Origin: Paraspadella gotoi
Taxonomy: Eukaryota > Animalia > Chaetognatha
Direction: 5' to 3'
Assembly: GCA_051294375.1 (NCBI GenBank)
Contig: CM119263.1
Coordinates: 11,058,703 to 11,122,702 of the forward strand
DNA: 64,000 bases
The position numbers and the translations under genes are program-made. Position 1 is the stretch's first letter, and each line of letters starts with the position of its first letter. Below, piece by piece: positions 43,436 through 57,711 of the stretch. The notes beneath the pieces are model-generated. The model made no database searches. It was not told the DNA's origin and worked only from the letters and a program-made list of their open reading frames with translations.

Positions 43436-45870
43436 GCGTCGTCGTCCTAATCAACGAAGACGACCTTGGCCTCATCTTCGTCGTCTTCGTAGTTGACGTC
43501 GTCGTCATCTTCGTCATCGCCTTCTTCGTCGTTGTCGTCGCGCCTCGGTGCAGACAACTAGAAAACACTTCATTCCGCTAAATCAGTTCGTCCCTTCCTT
43601 CCACACAAACAGGACCCACACAACAAACACAATCTAACCTCATTCACCCCGCGAAGCGTCGAGCATCTCAGTCGCACCCGATCAACGCTTTCGTCTCCTC
43701 CTCCCCAGCCCAAGCTTTGCCCTCTCTCCTCCCCTTTTGCTTTTCCCTCCAAATATTTTGACAGTTTGTCTTTCATTTTTGTTTTGCTATTTTGTTCAAG
43801 CTTGATTCTGTTATAAAAATTTTTATATTTTTTTTTTGCTTGTTTGGTCTTTGTTTTTTTTTTCTTTTCGTTTTTTTCCTGTTTTTTACTAACTGAGATT
43901 TAATAAAACAATTGACAAAAAGTGGGCATGAAAACTCTGTGAGAGGAAAATTAGGTTGCATAATTATTTCACTTTGGTCTTTTTTTTTACGTCGGGCCCT
44001 TCGACAAAAACAACAACAACAACAACAACAACAACAATTCGGAAGTTCTTTCAAACCCGCGATTCTTCTAATTTTTCTTTATTTTGATTTTTTTTTTCGG
44101 AGGAAAGGAACGAGTTTCGGAGCTCTCACCAGATGGTGATTTCACTCCAGAGGCTGACTTTTCACGTGAACCCCGAGAGTGAAGGAAGTGGGAAGGGAGA
44201 AAAGAGAGAGATATTTGGCGGGGGGGGGGGGAGGAGGGGAAGGGAAGGAAAAGAAGGGGAAGGGAAGGGATGCTTGCTGGCTTGCTGGAATGGCCCCTTT
44301 TTTTCAGTCCATTTCCCCAAAGGGCGAAGTACGATTTGTCACTTTCTTTCTTTTCTTTCTTCTTCTTTCTTTCTTCTTTTTTCTTTCTTTCTTTCTTTTC
44401 TTTCTTTCTTCTTCTTTCTTTCTTTCTTTCTTTCTTTTCTTTTGTCTTTTTAACTGTCACACTTTTTTTCTATCTATTCTATCTATTTATGTTTTTAGTT
44501 TATATTCTCTCTCTCCCTCTCTCACTGACTTTAGCTTCCCATTTTTCTTCGGCATCACCTAGCGTCAACCATTCACATACGGGCTAAGGTCGTTAACCCC
44601 GGATGTCGCTCCGTGACCTTTGACCTTCGCGGAAGTCTCGCTCGTCATATTTATTTAATAGACGAGAATGAAGGAAAAAAAAAAAGAAGAAAAATGTGCA
44701 TTGAGTAATTTCAGCTCAAATCTCTCAATATATATTTATCAAAATAATTGTTTTCCTGTTAAGTTTTTTTCTGTTTTCTCTGATTCATCGTACGCACGGA
44801 GCTACATTCCTTAGATCTTTTTGGTTTATTTTGCATCCCTTTTCCTTTCTTGTTCTTTAATAATTCATTTCATATATATTAACCATTGATATTAACCTCA
44901 AAAACGTTTAGTATCAATTTCATTTTTGTAAAAAAAAAAAAAATATAGGCATTTAAGAAATTAATAATAAGAATTTTATTAATTTAAAGTAATAAACACT
45001 TTCTTGGGAGGAAAGAAACTCTGCTTCCTGGAAAAATAAACCGAATCTTTTAATCATTGATCGAAATCTAAGAGAGAATCATTTCGTTTTCGTCAAGTGA
45101 GAAACGACGAGAAATGACGGGAGATAAAGGAACATAAACGAGAGACGAATCGAGCGGGAAAAGTTGGGGGGGGGGGAAAGAGAGGAGATGAAATGGGCCT
45201 TTATGGTGGTTGATATATGAATTGTCTTTCTTTCTTTCTTTCTTTCTTTATTTCTTTCTTTCTTTTTTTCTATTTTCTTCTATTTTTTTTAGATATTTTT
45301 TTCAATTTTTCTCTTTTTTTCCCTTTCTTATTTTTAAAAATTGTCAAACTTTTTAAAATTACCTTTTCACCTGCCATTTCTTTAAAAAAACCTTAATTAT
45401 AATTACCAGATTATTTTTGTTATTTGAATCCCGGATGAGATCCTTCTGTTGCTGCTCAACTCAACTGAACAAATGTTGCTGCTCAACTGAACAAATGAAC
45501 GTCGTCTTGCTGAGTTTTCTTTTTTTTTTCATTCCCTTTGCAAACAGGTTTTCTTTGAAGGCTTTTTTTTTGCTGGCGCAATTTGTCGCAATTAACGGAG
45601 AAAAAAAAAGAGAAAAAAAAAGATGGGAAAAACAAAATGAGAAAAACTACGGAAATGAAAGAGAAAGAAATATTTTGAGAAAAAAAAAATTAGAAAGAAA
45701 AGTTGGATGCCTGGCTGGAACCCCTCAGCTTCTGTTCGTGAAAATGAACGAAAGAAAGAAAAAGAGAGATAGGAAAAAACTAATGAGTTTTAGACATGAG
45801 TTGACTATCGAAAGAAAAAAAAAACCAAATCGAAGGGAATCTCTCTTCTCTCTTTCTCTCTCTCTCTTCT

Positions 45871-45952
<82 letters not shown>

Positions 45953-46072
45953 TCTCTCTCTCTCTCTCTCTCCCCTCATCCCCGTTTCTCTTATTGTCCC
46001 TTTCATTGGAACTTCTCTTCACTCACCATTTCCTTTTCCCACTTCTCCCAACCCCCCCCCCCTCCGCCGCAG

Positions 46073-46224
46073 TTGCTGCTGATGAATCTGAGTTCGTACA
46101 AACATCGGGTGCAGCATCGTCGCGCATTCCGATGCCGTCGGTGAAGCATCTGTTCTGGAAGATGGCGAACGGAGACTTCGTCTACTTCGACCCTTCGTCC
46201 GTCGATCAGAAGATCATTAAGCAG
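46073..46224 (+). CDS. Multi-Ig protein exon: C-strand region of Ig3 (..IPMPSVKHLFWKMANGDFVYFDPSSVDQKIIKQ)
   Basis: Pyrimidine tract plus gcag acceptor (phase 1) and donor CAG|gtgagg (phase 0). It shows a P.P....L.W Ig pattern and GC-rich codons. Confidence 0.75.
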
Positions 46225-46867
46225 GTGAGGACTGAGGAGGGTGGAGGTGGAGCAGGAGGAAGAGGAGGAGAAAGTAGAAGAAATTGAGAGTAGATATTTA
46301 ACAAAGAAAGAAATTAGATCTAAAATATGGACAATCATCGTTATCACCAAGGTACTACATGGAGTCAATTATGTTATTTATAAATCAGATATAAAAAAAA
46401 ACAAAAACTGTAGGTCGTTGGAAGAGACCCGTACATGTCCCCATGACGATAATGACAATTGCCCTATCATCAAATAAACGACGACGACAAAGGAAAAAAA
46501 AATATATCCAGGAACGGCCGCGACAATGCGACGACGACGACGACGACGACGACGACAACAAAAAAGGGCGGGAGGTCCTCGTTAACCTTTTTTATGACGA
46601 TAGTTATGACAGTGCGAGGCTTTTTTTTTTCCCTTTTTTTTTTTTGGCGTGCGGGACATTTTCAGAGTTTGGACGGAATATGGTTGTAGCAAAACAAGAG
46701 AACGTGGTAGGTATTATTTGGCGAAACGTTTTTATCATTGGGAACTTCAAGTTTTTTAGACGCGGCTTTCTTGATTCAATAAGTCTGTCTTTTCGTCTGT
46801 CTTTCTGTCTATTTTTCATAAAACGACGAGTTTCTCTTTTACATATTTACCAGTGAGAATTATAAAA

Positions 46868-46906
<39 letters not shown>

Positions 46907-48272
46907 CTCTCTCTCTCCCCTAACAAGAATTACATTAAATAAATGAAATTCAATAGGCAATTTGTCAACCGATCGCGCGCTAAATCGTTTTTTTTTGTTC
47001 GATTTGAATCCGATAAAAATGCCGATATAGGGAAAGATCGATTCGCCCACGAGGTCAAATCCGTTTCTAGTATCCTCGGTCCGTCGGTCAACTTTGGTCG
47101 AAGGACGAATTCGCTCTCAAATCTGTTGATAATCGAGCGATAAAACTCGCGAAGAGAAAGGACATTACGAAAAGATAGTCAATTTGGCAATTTTCAAAAT
47201 CTTGAGGCGAAAAGCTATTTTATTGAATGAATTGAAGGAAGCTCAATTAATTCTCAAGGCTGAAAACTGACATCCAAGAAGCATAAAGGCATTCCAAATT
47301 ACACTTTTTTCCAACTATCAAAATTCCTAACACTAAACGGCGAGGACCATTCACCAAAAATACTTGTAGAAAACTTGTTAGTAAAAAGCTACTCCTTCCC
47401 TTTGCCGTAAGCTCAAAAAAGCTCGAAAGCTAATCACCAATATTTCCAACGCGCTTCGGGTTCAAGATTTTTTCTCGGCGCCGCCTTAAATCCTCGAGAC
47501 GGCCTTTAACCTTTTTAATGACTCCGTATTAAACCGATGGGTTATGGCGTCGGCGGCGCGGTAGCTGTTGAAGGGAGCAACTTTCTCCGCCAGCCTATGC
47601 TATGTTAAATTAAAAAATCATGCTTCTAATATAATTTTGTAGTTATGCTTAACTTTAGGATATAAGCTTGTTAACTTTTTTAAAAAAATGTTGCTAAGTT
47701 TAAAATGATAAATGTATTTGAATTCAATCGGCGAAAAATATACAAGAAATAATGAGTTAAACTTTCGATGCGGTGATACTTAGTAAAAATATTAAAACAG
47801 ATTACTTTGATTAATTTAGGTAAAAGACTTAATGAGATTATGATGAACGTTATAGTTCCATTGAATTTGTCAACTAATAAATATAATTTTTCTACAAAGA
47901 TGCTAAGCCGCTCCTTGAAAAGAAAAAAAAAGCGTTTTTCTCCCAAAACAGTTTTTTTTAGTTTACGACGAAAAGAAAATCCCTTTGGTGAGAAGCAGAA
48001 GGAAAGTAGTAGCAAAGGGGTGAGGCACAAGAAAGCAAGTGGAGAAGAGGAAGAGACCCGCGCGAACCAATGGAATCGGGTGGGTGAGAAATCAGCTGGA
48101 AATGCAGGCGGAGGAAATAGAAAAGAAAATAAAGGAGAAAAGAAAAACGAGAGAGAGGTAAAGCAGAAAGTCAAAGCCAAAGAGAGGTTAAGGGAGAGCG
48201 ACTCAAAACAAAAGAGAAAAAAGTAGTAAAGTGAAAGGGAGGCGGAAAAGGGGAAAAGGTGTGAGACTAAAT

Positions 48273-48379
<107 letters not shown>

Positions 48380-49904
48380 GAAAATAGAAATTGAGAAAAA
48401 CGAGCAAAACAGAGAAGCGGAAAAAATCCTGTTTTGCTTCTCGTATCGATAGTATGTAAATGAAGCCTGGGGTTCGCTGAGGCGGAAAAGGATGGCTTTC
48501 AAAAACAAATGTTTTTTTTTTTTGCTCGGGAATAGAAAGCAATCGAAATTTTGAATCAGGCTTTTTTTTTGGCGAATTGTTTAAAATAAAATTACTTGTT
48601 GTGTTTTATCTGTTGTATTATTTTATATTCCCGAATAGGACCACATTTAATTAGACAGAAGCCAGCAACGCCTACGAGTAATTTATGTACTCAATTTCTC
48701 GCCTGGCTGATGTCGACTTAACATTAAGTATTCTGTAAAATACAGCCCGGGGACCATCTATTCCTTTCTTCTTTTCTTTTCTATTCGCTTCTCTTTATCT
48801 TTCTTTTATTATTTTCTTTTCTCCCAATTTTGAAAGTTTTCTTTAACGCTGAGTTTTATTTTCTTTTTTCCCCCATTTATTTTCCTTTTTTTTCTTTCCT
48901 CCTTTTCTTCCTTCATTTCATCTTTCTTTCCTCCTTTCCTTCCTTCATTTCATCCTTATTTCTACTTTTCTTTAAAACTGCCTTCTCTCCCCTCCCTTTC
49001 TATATCTGTTTCCATCTCTCCATCTTTTCTATGCCGGTGAATAATAATAAGTTATCGCGTTGTCGTATCTCGCTGCCGCCTTTGTTGGCCCACGTCTCTG
49101 CCGGCGCCATAACTCACCCGAGCCCGAGGGCGGGATCCCGACAAGGGATGTAACTCATAACGCGACTCGAGACAGGGATGTAACTCCCACGTTTTTTATT
49201 GCGAAAGAAGGATGTACATAACTGGTAGCGAGAGACATTCGAGACTACGCGCCAAAATTATTGGGGCCCCATTCATGAGGAAAGAAAAACGGATGAATGT
49301 CAAGAGTCACAACCCACTAGTGAAAAACGAATCGATGATTGTGAAGTTTTTGACCCCAAAGAATCACGGACTCAATCGTTCATTTCCAATATGTTTGTTT
49401 TTTGAATATTTCTTTTCACTGTTCAGCCCAGACATACCGTTGCATTTTTAGTTTCTGATCCATGAAGTCAAAAAAAAAAAAAAAAAAAAAAAAAATCGAC
49501 AAGCAAACAGTACGTATGTAAATTAACAGAAGAAAGCCCCGTATGTAACTGGTATCTGGAGAAACGAAGACGACCTCCCAATCCCGGCCATCTTCTGACT
49601 GAGAATGGAGCCCGAGGGATCTCGCTCGCAGTAAAACGGAGAGAGAGAAAACCAATGGCCGATGAAGCGTTACGTTTTTTTTGTGTGCGTGCGAAGGGGG
49701 GGGGGGTTTGGAGTTCAGGCTGCATTTGTTAATAACAATTGGGTCGACTTTTACCCCTAAACGACTTTACGATTGCCGTTGGCTAAAATATCAATTTTTA
49801 GGATTGAGAGCAGAAATTTCGAATTGTTAATGTTCGTTCTAATGGACGCTGTTTACTAATTACTTTTATTCAAAATACATTTATTTATTTGTTTTCATCG
49901 ACAG

Positions 49905-50021
49905 AGTCCGACGAAGATGACAGCGATGCTGCGGCTGAAAGAGGAACAACTCAACACTCACATGCCGTCGATCGAAGTTTCGCTCCAGGTCGCCAGGGTG
50001 CCTGGCACATACGCACCCAGG
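49905..50021 (+). CDS. Probable multi-Ig protein exon (SPTKMTAMLRLKEEQLNTHMPSIEVSLQVARV...)
   Basis: Acceptor tcgacag| and donor G|gtgaga. The phase-0 start fits the 46224 donor and reads like Ig D/E strands. The 117-nt length leaves a phase mismatch with the 52347 exon, implying an indel error or a missed exon. Confidence 0.55.
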
Positions 50022-50026
50022 GTGAG

Positions 50027-50098
<72 letters not shown>

Positions 50099-50152
50099 AG
50101 TTAATAAGAATAAAAGAAGAAAAAGAAGAGAAAGAAAGAAAGAAAGAAAGAA

Positions 50153-50188
<36 letters not shown>

Positions 50189-51625
50189 ATAAAAAAAGAC
50201 ATATACAAAACAGACAAATACAAAAAAGAAATGTTGCCAAGGTGCGAGGGTGTTTTTGTTTATGCGGCGACAATCCTGATGGACAACATTAACCATCTTT
50301 TTTTTTTGGCCATCGCCATTCGCCCTCGCCATTCGCCTTCGCCATTACCGACCCTGAGGCTGTTCCAGATTTCCATTTTGTCATGTCTCGCTTTTGGGTT
50401 TCATTTTTTAAAGGAAGACGCTAAATGATAAACTTAAATTTGGGATGGAAAGTATAAACGATAGAGCGAGGAAATAAAGAGAGAAAAAGAGAGTAGAAAA
50501 GAGAAGGAGGAATGAGAATTGAGTAGGAAATAGAAAAGAGAAGTTAAGGGAGGAAGGTCGGCTTTCCTCGCCAGCCCCGTCAATCTTCTTTCCTTCCCGA
50601 AAATGGAAAGGCGAGAGAATAAATTCTAATCTCAGCGTTTTTCTTTATTTCTTTTATTCTTTCTTAACATTCTTTGTTCACCTTTTCTCTTTCTTTTTTG
50701 CGCAACAAGGCGTTTTGCTTCCGACACTAGATGACCCGAGTGATGCTTTTACCTCTTTGCGCGATATTTTGAGACATTTAACAAGATTTTGGGAACTTAT
50801 GAAATGGCGAAAAAAGGCGAAATACGTATTTTGTAAGCCAGTGATGTCTCCACCTTTTTTTGACTAAATTAATATACATGTATATCTTAAAAGACGACAA
50901 ACCTAACTAATTCCGTTACAATCATATTTGAAATACATTCAATAGTTCTTTCATAATAAGTTTTTCTTTTGTAGTACTACTAGTGACCCAGAGTAGAATA
51001 TATTTTTGAAGGAATCATGAATGAATGAATAAATCCCACTAATGAGATTTAAAAGAACCGTTGTTTACAGTTTAGATTTTTTAAATAAAAACCTTAGAGT
51101 TTAACTTATAAAGGTCTAATCACCTTTCTCTACCAACCGTAAAGCGCACGCGCAGACCGCGCGTCCAATCCGCGCTGTGATTTTTCACGTTCGCCTGCGC
51201 GACCTGATTTGAAATTCATTTCCCTTTTTTTTTTTAAACCGCGCCTCTCTCGGCGGGATCACGGATGCGAGTTGCGTTAGAAGAGATTAAGAATGACACC
51301 TTGAATAAATAACGGGGACTTTACCGAGAGGCGATCGCTGATGAAAATGGAAAAAGAAAGGGGAAAAAAAATCCCTTTCTCTTTCCGTGGCACGCACGCG
51401 ATTGTGTATTTTTCTTATATGCGTTGTTTTTACAGAGAGGAATGGGTCGCTTCTGGCGGCCATTATATTTTGATGACACTGTTTGCCGTTTCCCAGAACG
51501 AGAAACGGCATTGAAAACGGGAAGGGAGGAACAGCCAGATGAAATATATTGGACCGGAAAGATAAAGACACACCGAGAAATTCCGGAGGCGGATATTTTT
51601 TCTCATTCCATGCTCTCTCGCTCTT

Positions 51626-51806
<181 letters not shown>

Positions 51807-52346
51807 CCTTCCTTATTTCGTTCTTTCTAATTTTTCCTTTCCTTCTTGTCTTTTCTCTTTGTCTCCATCGTTTTCCTTTTCGTCTTTATTTTATAAACAA
51901 ACGCCCAGCTGCCCTCTCCAGGCACCGATGCTCTTCTGTCAATGTCTTCGCGTCCGGTCTTTGTCGCTAACCTCGACCATCCGCGCCTCCTATCCTTTCT
52001 TCTTTATTTTCTTTCTTCTTCTCCGCCACCAACGCTGGTTCACTTACCCGCTGGCCCACTTACCCGCTTTCAAACTCAAAATCCTTCCCCCAAAACTAAA
52101 CTTTCTAATTTTCTCGATCGCCTCCAGGATATTTTTCTAGTTGATGTTCGAAATTGATTAACGAATCATTTCATTACGCAATCGAAGCTGAAGCAGTTGA
52201 AAATTCGAACGATCTAAGGACAAACAAATATCTGTTAACAAGATACTGAATCTCTGTCAAAAAAAAGCATTATCTTTCATTCATAATCCATAATTTTTAA
52301 AAGCTCTTTTGTCTCTTGTACCCCTTCCTTCCCTTCTCAAACGCAG

Positions 52347-52472
52347 GCCGCTACGAAGGCGTCTCCAAGACGATCAAAGCCGTACTTGTCATCGGCCCCA
52401 ACATCCAGTGTCCAACTTTGGTCAGGGTCATGACGACCTCAGCCGAAGTCGTCATCGCTTGCGACATCATGG
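52347..52472 (+). CDS. Multi-Ig protein exon: end of Ig3 and start of Ig4 (GRYEGVSKTIKAVLVIGPNIQCPTLVRVMTTSAEVVIACDIMG)
   Basis: Pyrimidine tract plus acgcag acceptor and a strong G|gtaagt donor (phase 1-1). PNIQCP parallels PKLICP at the start of Ig3, and VVIAC is a B-strand Cys. Confidence 0.8.
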
Positions 52473-53745
52473 GTAAGTCTAAACTTTTGTTACTCTTCGA
52501 TGTCGTCGTCTTTGTGAACAACTTCTATTGAAACGACAAAAAGAAACCTTCGACATGTAAAAAAAAAAAAGAAAAAAAAATAAAGAAAAAATAACTTTTC
52601 CTTCTGGCGAACGTTTTTGATGTCGCAGCGATTTCTTGTTTGAGATCTATAGTTTTTCCGTACTGAGTAACCTGTATCTCCGTTTCTGCTCTTGCTTTAT
52701 ACGCATTGTTAAAAGTTTCAACTTTTTTTTTTGGGTACAGGACAAACTGGCCAAGAAAAGGTTCAGGAAATTTTTTGTTTCTTATGAAATTGGTACAACC
52801 AATATAAAAATTATCCATTCATTTAATAAATAAGCTATCTTGCCCCTGACTTTGGACAGGCTTTGATGGTTTAAGGCCTCCATCACTCTTACAAGATAAT
52901 GACATAGCAGGTCCCTGCAAGCTTTCATTCAAGACTCTCTCACAATCTCTTTTATTCACTCCCAGAGTACCTGGCTTCCCTATCAATAAAGTGGAAAATA
53001 TTTCAAAGAATGTTTCAATTGTATGAAAAGACCACTCCCTTAAGTATTAGAGTATTAGTACGTAAGACGATATCTATCGTTTCTACTTTTACGGTCTGCG
53101 CTCTTCAAATAATGTTCCACACATAGCTCCAACCACACATACGTAGCTCCAACCATTCATTTCCTCCAAACAGTTCGAATTCGTGTTTTGCAGAAAAGTG
53201 AAGCGTAAAACAAACAAGTTATCGACGGAGACCTCGAACTTCCTCCCGCCGATTCTAATCCCTCCAATCGATTTCCTTTTTTTTACCCGTTAATCTCGAG
53301 CTGCGCAATAAACCGATAGATTTTCTCCCGCGGAAAAGGGGCGGCCATGAGAGCGGGGAGGTATGGAGGGGGGAGTGGCGGGGAAGAGGGTAGAAGGTAG
53401 AAGGTGGGTTTGGGCGGTGAAAGGGAATGTTATGGGGCAGGTTACTGGGCGGGCAGAAAATGAACCGGTCCGGTTGAGAGAAGGGGTGAAGGGCAGGGAG
53501 AAATCAGATTGAAAGGGGATCGAAGGATGAAATAAGAAAAAGACATGAAAAAGGGAATTATCAAGTATGTAATAAGTAAATAACAAATGGTTTAAAAAAA
53601 GTAATATTTTTAGATGGATGGAGGAAAGAAAATAATGGAAGGACGAAACGATAAAAGGTTTTCTCAGGGGTAGGGTGTGGCTGGGGGTGGCACATTTGAA
53701 GCCATAGTAAGGTGGACAGAATAAAATTTAATACAGCCTCGCTAC

Positions 53746-54068
53746 CCAGCTGTAACGGGGGGAAAAGGGGTTGGCGCTGAAGGCTGAGAGCGGGGTCGAC
53801 GACGATACATCGGATAAAATGACGTCAGTGAACGGAGGACCGGGTGATTCATCAGCGTGACAAGAACGGATAAAAGGGTGGGAATGCTTCGTGGCAAGAC
53901 GACCCAAAACGACCACAAATTTTGCACGGAAGAGCGGTCGTTGCGGCTGTTGTTGCTGTTGCTGTTGCTGTCGATAAACTTCGAGTCTCGTTGCTAAAAC
54001 TCTGCCCAGTATCCGCTCGCTACTCCACCACATCCGGACTTCGCGGGTAACTTTTTTCTTTCCCCGGC
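53746..54068 (-). CDS. Minus-strand exon-like segment (GRGKKKVTREVRMWWSSERILGRVLATRLEVYRQ8PQRPLFRAKFVVV...)
   Basis: A long (CT)n tract and atctcag acceptor lie on the minus strand, followed by a GC-rich open frame of >100 codons with a polyGln run. A possible donor is tgg|gtagcg at 53746/53745. Confidence 0.4.
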
Positions 54069-54109
54069 CTGAGATTGCTTGAGAGAGAGACAGAAAGAAG
54101 ATAGAGAGA

Positions 54110-54143
<34 letters not shown>

Positions 54144-55167
54144 AGAGAGAGAGAAGAGAGAGACAGAGAAGAAAGAGAGAAAGAGAGAGAGAGAGAGAGA
54201 GAGCAGAAAGAGAGAGAGAGAGAGAGAGAGAGAAGAGAGAAGGAGAGAGAAGAAGAGAGAGAGAGAGAAAGCCAGAAACGAGAGAGAGAGAGAGAGAGAG
54301 AGTGCAGAAATGGTCGCCGTTAAGAAAAGAGAGAGAAAAGGTGATAAGAATCGCCGAGGCTGGAAAGAATCCACGAAATAAAGCTGACCCAATGGAAATA
54401 GGTAATTGAAATTGCAAATGAGGCAAATCGAGGATGAAAACAATAACAATAAAGCCTACGAGTGTAAGTCTTGTTCAAAATTTTATGAATTTTGAACGAG
54501 AAAACCGATTCACGATCTAGAAAGCATGTATGTAATTGTAAAGACTTTACATTGTTTACAACCAACTCGATAGACCCCGTTTTGCGAAGAGGCGCTCCGA
54601 ACGAAGATTGAATTTCTTACGAGCGACGAGGATAAAAAAAAAACCGGAAAAAGCGGCGAAGGAGAATAGAAGCAGAAAAAAAAAGTTGAAAGGACCGCGG
54701 GAAACCGGACGCGAAAGGTAAGGTTCGCAGTAGGTTGCGCCTGGTCGTGTGGGGGGGGGAAGTAAAGAAGAAAGGGAAAAAAGGGAAAAAAAGGGAAAAA
54801 AATGAGCGTGAGAAACGGTCACATAGGGTGTAATGAAATCGTCCACGAGAGGCACTGGCGTCGATTGGGTTGGAGGTAGTGACTAGTGGAGGTTAAAAAG
54901 TGGTAGGGTAAATCTGGAGGAAGCCCGCTGTCTCAGATGAGACATATAACGTAAAATTAATCTATTTAAGTAAAGCTGTTCGAAAAGCGGATTAAAAAGA
55001 TTAAAAAGCGGAGAGGTGAACTGACGACCTGTAACTAAAAAGAGAGGTGAGTTAAAAAGAAAGAGGGGTAAATAATAAATAGAGAAGTGAGGTGTTAGGA
55101 AAGAGAGATATGAGTTATGATGATAGAGCCAGATGAGATGAAACGAAAAAGAGAGGTGAGTCGCTAC

Positions 55168-55242
<75 letters not shown>

Positions 55243-55607
55243 GAAGTGGAAGGGAAAGGGCAAAAATGTCGTTAATGAGCGGAATGGGATTCGTAGGACG
55301 TTTAGGCGCGGCGGTGCAGCGGACGGCGAGGGACAGGAGGTGGTATTGGGGGGTGTGCAAGAGGTGGTTCGGTTAAAAAAAAATGGCAAGGAAGGAAAAA
55401 GTAATCAACGGTTTCCGGCCACAACTCTTTCCGTCGCTGGAGATCCAAATGGTTTCCATGGTTTCCAGGATGACAACAAAAGTAGGAAATAACGACGAAG
55501 AGTCAGAATGAGAGGTTTACAAAAGAGGAGAAAGCGAGAGATTGAGGGAGGAACGAGAATGGGAATAATGAAAGAGAGATCTGGTCCTCTCGGCCTTCGC
55601 TAATTAA

Positions 55608-55727
<120 letters not shown>

Positions 55728-57711
55728 TGTTCCATTTGACCTGTCTGGGTGGGTGGTCGACTTTCATACATTTTTTTTTTCAAACTTGTGCTTACATAGA
55801 CGCTAGACAATATTAGTAGTAATTGGATTTAAAAAGTTAACAATTGAATTTCTGAAAAACGAAGCCGCACTTTTATTTTTTCCCATATTTCGAAATTCAA
55901 ATACCGAATTTTATGGATGATGTGCTTGAGCAGCTCGCATGTTAGTATCTTGCTACGATTTTTCTGAGCTCATTGAATTTTAACGCTGAATCTTTTTAAT
56001 CGTCATTCTTTTAAAAAAAAGTTTATATTCTCCTGTTTCTCTTTCGAAAATTAAAATCGACCATTGAAATTCTAAACCAGGAGAAAAACTGACTGAAATT
56101 AAAGGACGAATTTAAAACTCGTCCGAGGGAAATCGACTTTTCGTTACGTTATTACAATAATTTTTGAATCGACAAACTTCCATGAGAGTTGACTTTTTGA
56201 AAAAAATAAGATGCGCGACAGAAGCACTCTCGCTTTTTTTTTTACTCTTTCTTTAATTTCTCCTCCACCTCTTCTTTCTCTCCCTCCTCTTTTTTTTTCT
56301 AATCCAACCCCTAGATACAGTCAAGCCAGTTATTCGACTATTCACCCGGTATTTCCCTCCCTCCTCCACCCCCTCGTCCGAGAGGTGAGAGGAGAGATGG
56401 GATCGAAAAGAACTGAGTGGGAGTCCGAGACGTGAGTGGCAGTGCTGAGGTGGCCAATGCCAGGGCGGCGAGTCTCAACTCGTCTCGTTGACTTGAGGTC
56501 ACGCGAAAGAAAAAAAAAGTCAGTTGGTCAACGAGTTAATTTTCGGATTGGGTCATCGACGCCCCGCTTTCTGTAAGGAGCGAACCGACGGGAAAACTGG
56601 GGACTCGTTGGGTTGATTTGCGCGAAACTTATGTCACGGAGAAAAAGATTTTTTTTTTCCGCGAGCCGAATTGCAACAATTTTTTACCCGAGAAATGGAT
56701 TGCCATTCGTTTTGTAATAAACTTACTGAGGTTTTCAGTGAGTACGTCTTTGGATGTTTAGCAATAAGCATAAGCATATTGAAAAAAATAGGCTTCTGAA
56801 TAATTTGCGTGGCAGATTCTAATGATATAAAGATAGGCATTTGTTCTTTAAATTTGAAGAGCCATTTGGGAACGTCAAAAAGCACTTGAAAGAACAGATG
56901 GATTATCCCAACGTTCTTTGTGAAGAATGAATTGGCCGCAGCGATCTCCAATTCGAAAATGAATCATTTTTTAAAGAGGCGAATTTAATTTTATTTGAGA
57001 ATTAGCTGCTTTGTTCCCGATTTTTATTGAAAACAGAGAGAGAATTGATTAGATCAGGACTTTGAACGAGGCGATCTGGTTTAAATTAAAATGGAGATGA
57101 AATACTGATGTGAAATTCCCGACGTTTATAATAATGTAATTTAACTGATATTTAACTATTTAGTCATAAATATGTCCATTTAAATTAATCACTCCATAGC
57201 GCCACGATTTAAAACGACAACCCAGAGGGGAAAAAAAAACGGGGACAGAGCTGTGGTCAGGCGGAAAAGGAAATAAAAACTCTCGGCGACCAGAGAATCG
57301 CCCGCGTCTGACCGCCATCCTTCATTGTCCTCCCAATCTCCCGGCCCTTCTCCCCTCCCGTCGTCCCCCCGGGGGAACGTGACAGAACGGGATTGAATGC
57401 GGGGCAATTATTCGCTCAAACGGTCGAGGATTAATCAGCGACGTTGTAGTAGCGAAGCACCGGTGGTCGAAGAGCCCGCGACGAAGCTGGGGGTGGTAGG
57501 ATGAGGACCGGTATAATCAGGCGGGGTTTGCCGGGGTTAAAAGGCCTACGGGGTGGGACTTGCGGAGTGGGGAGGTTCGGGAGAGTCGGGGCGGCGGGGT
57601 TGAGTCGAGGTGGGTAATGGAAATCGTCTCCAATCAGGTGGAATATGAGAGGCTTTTTTTATGCGCAGTTTGTCGGGAATCGATCCTCCTGGACTTTCGG
57701 CATTGGCTTTA

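Noticed and set aside
52815-53045. CpG-poor stretch with an open minus-strand frame of ~75 codons
   Set aside because: No recognisable motif or splice sites; it may be a transposon remnant but I cannot support a call.
56315-56384. Possible + strand phase-1 exon after 52472 (DTVKPVIRLFTRYFPPSSTPSSER)
   Set aside because: The splice-like ends are plausible, but there is no Ig Trp or other support, so it is too weak to call.
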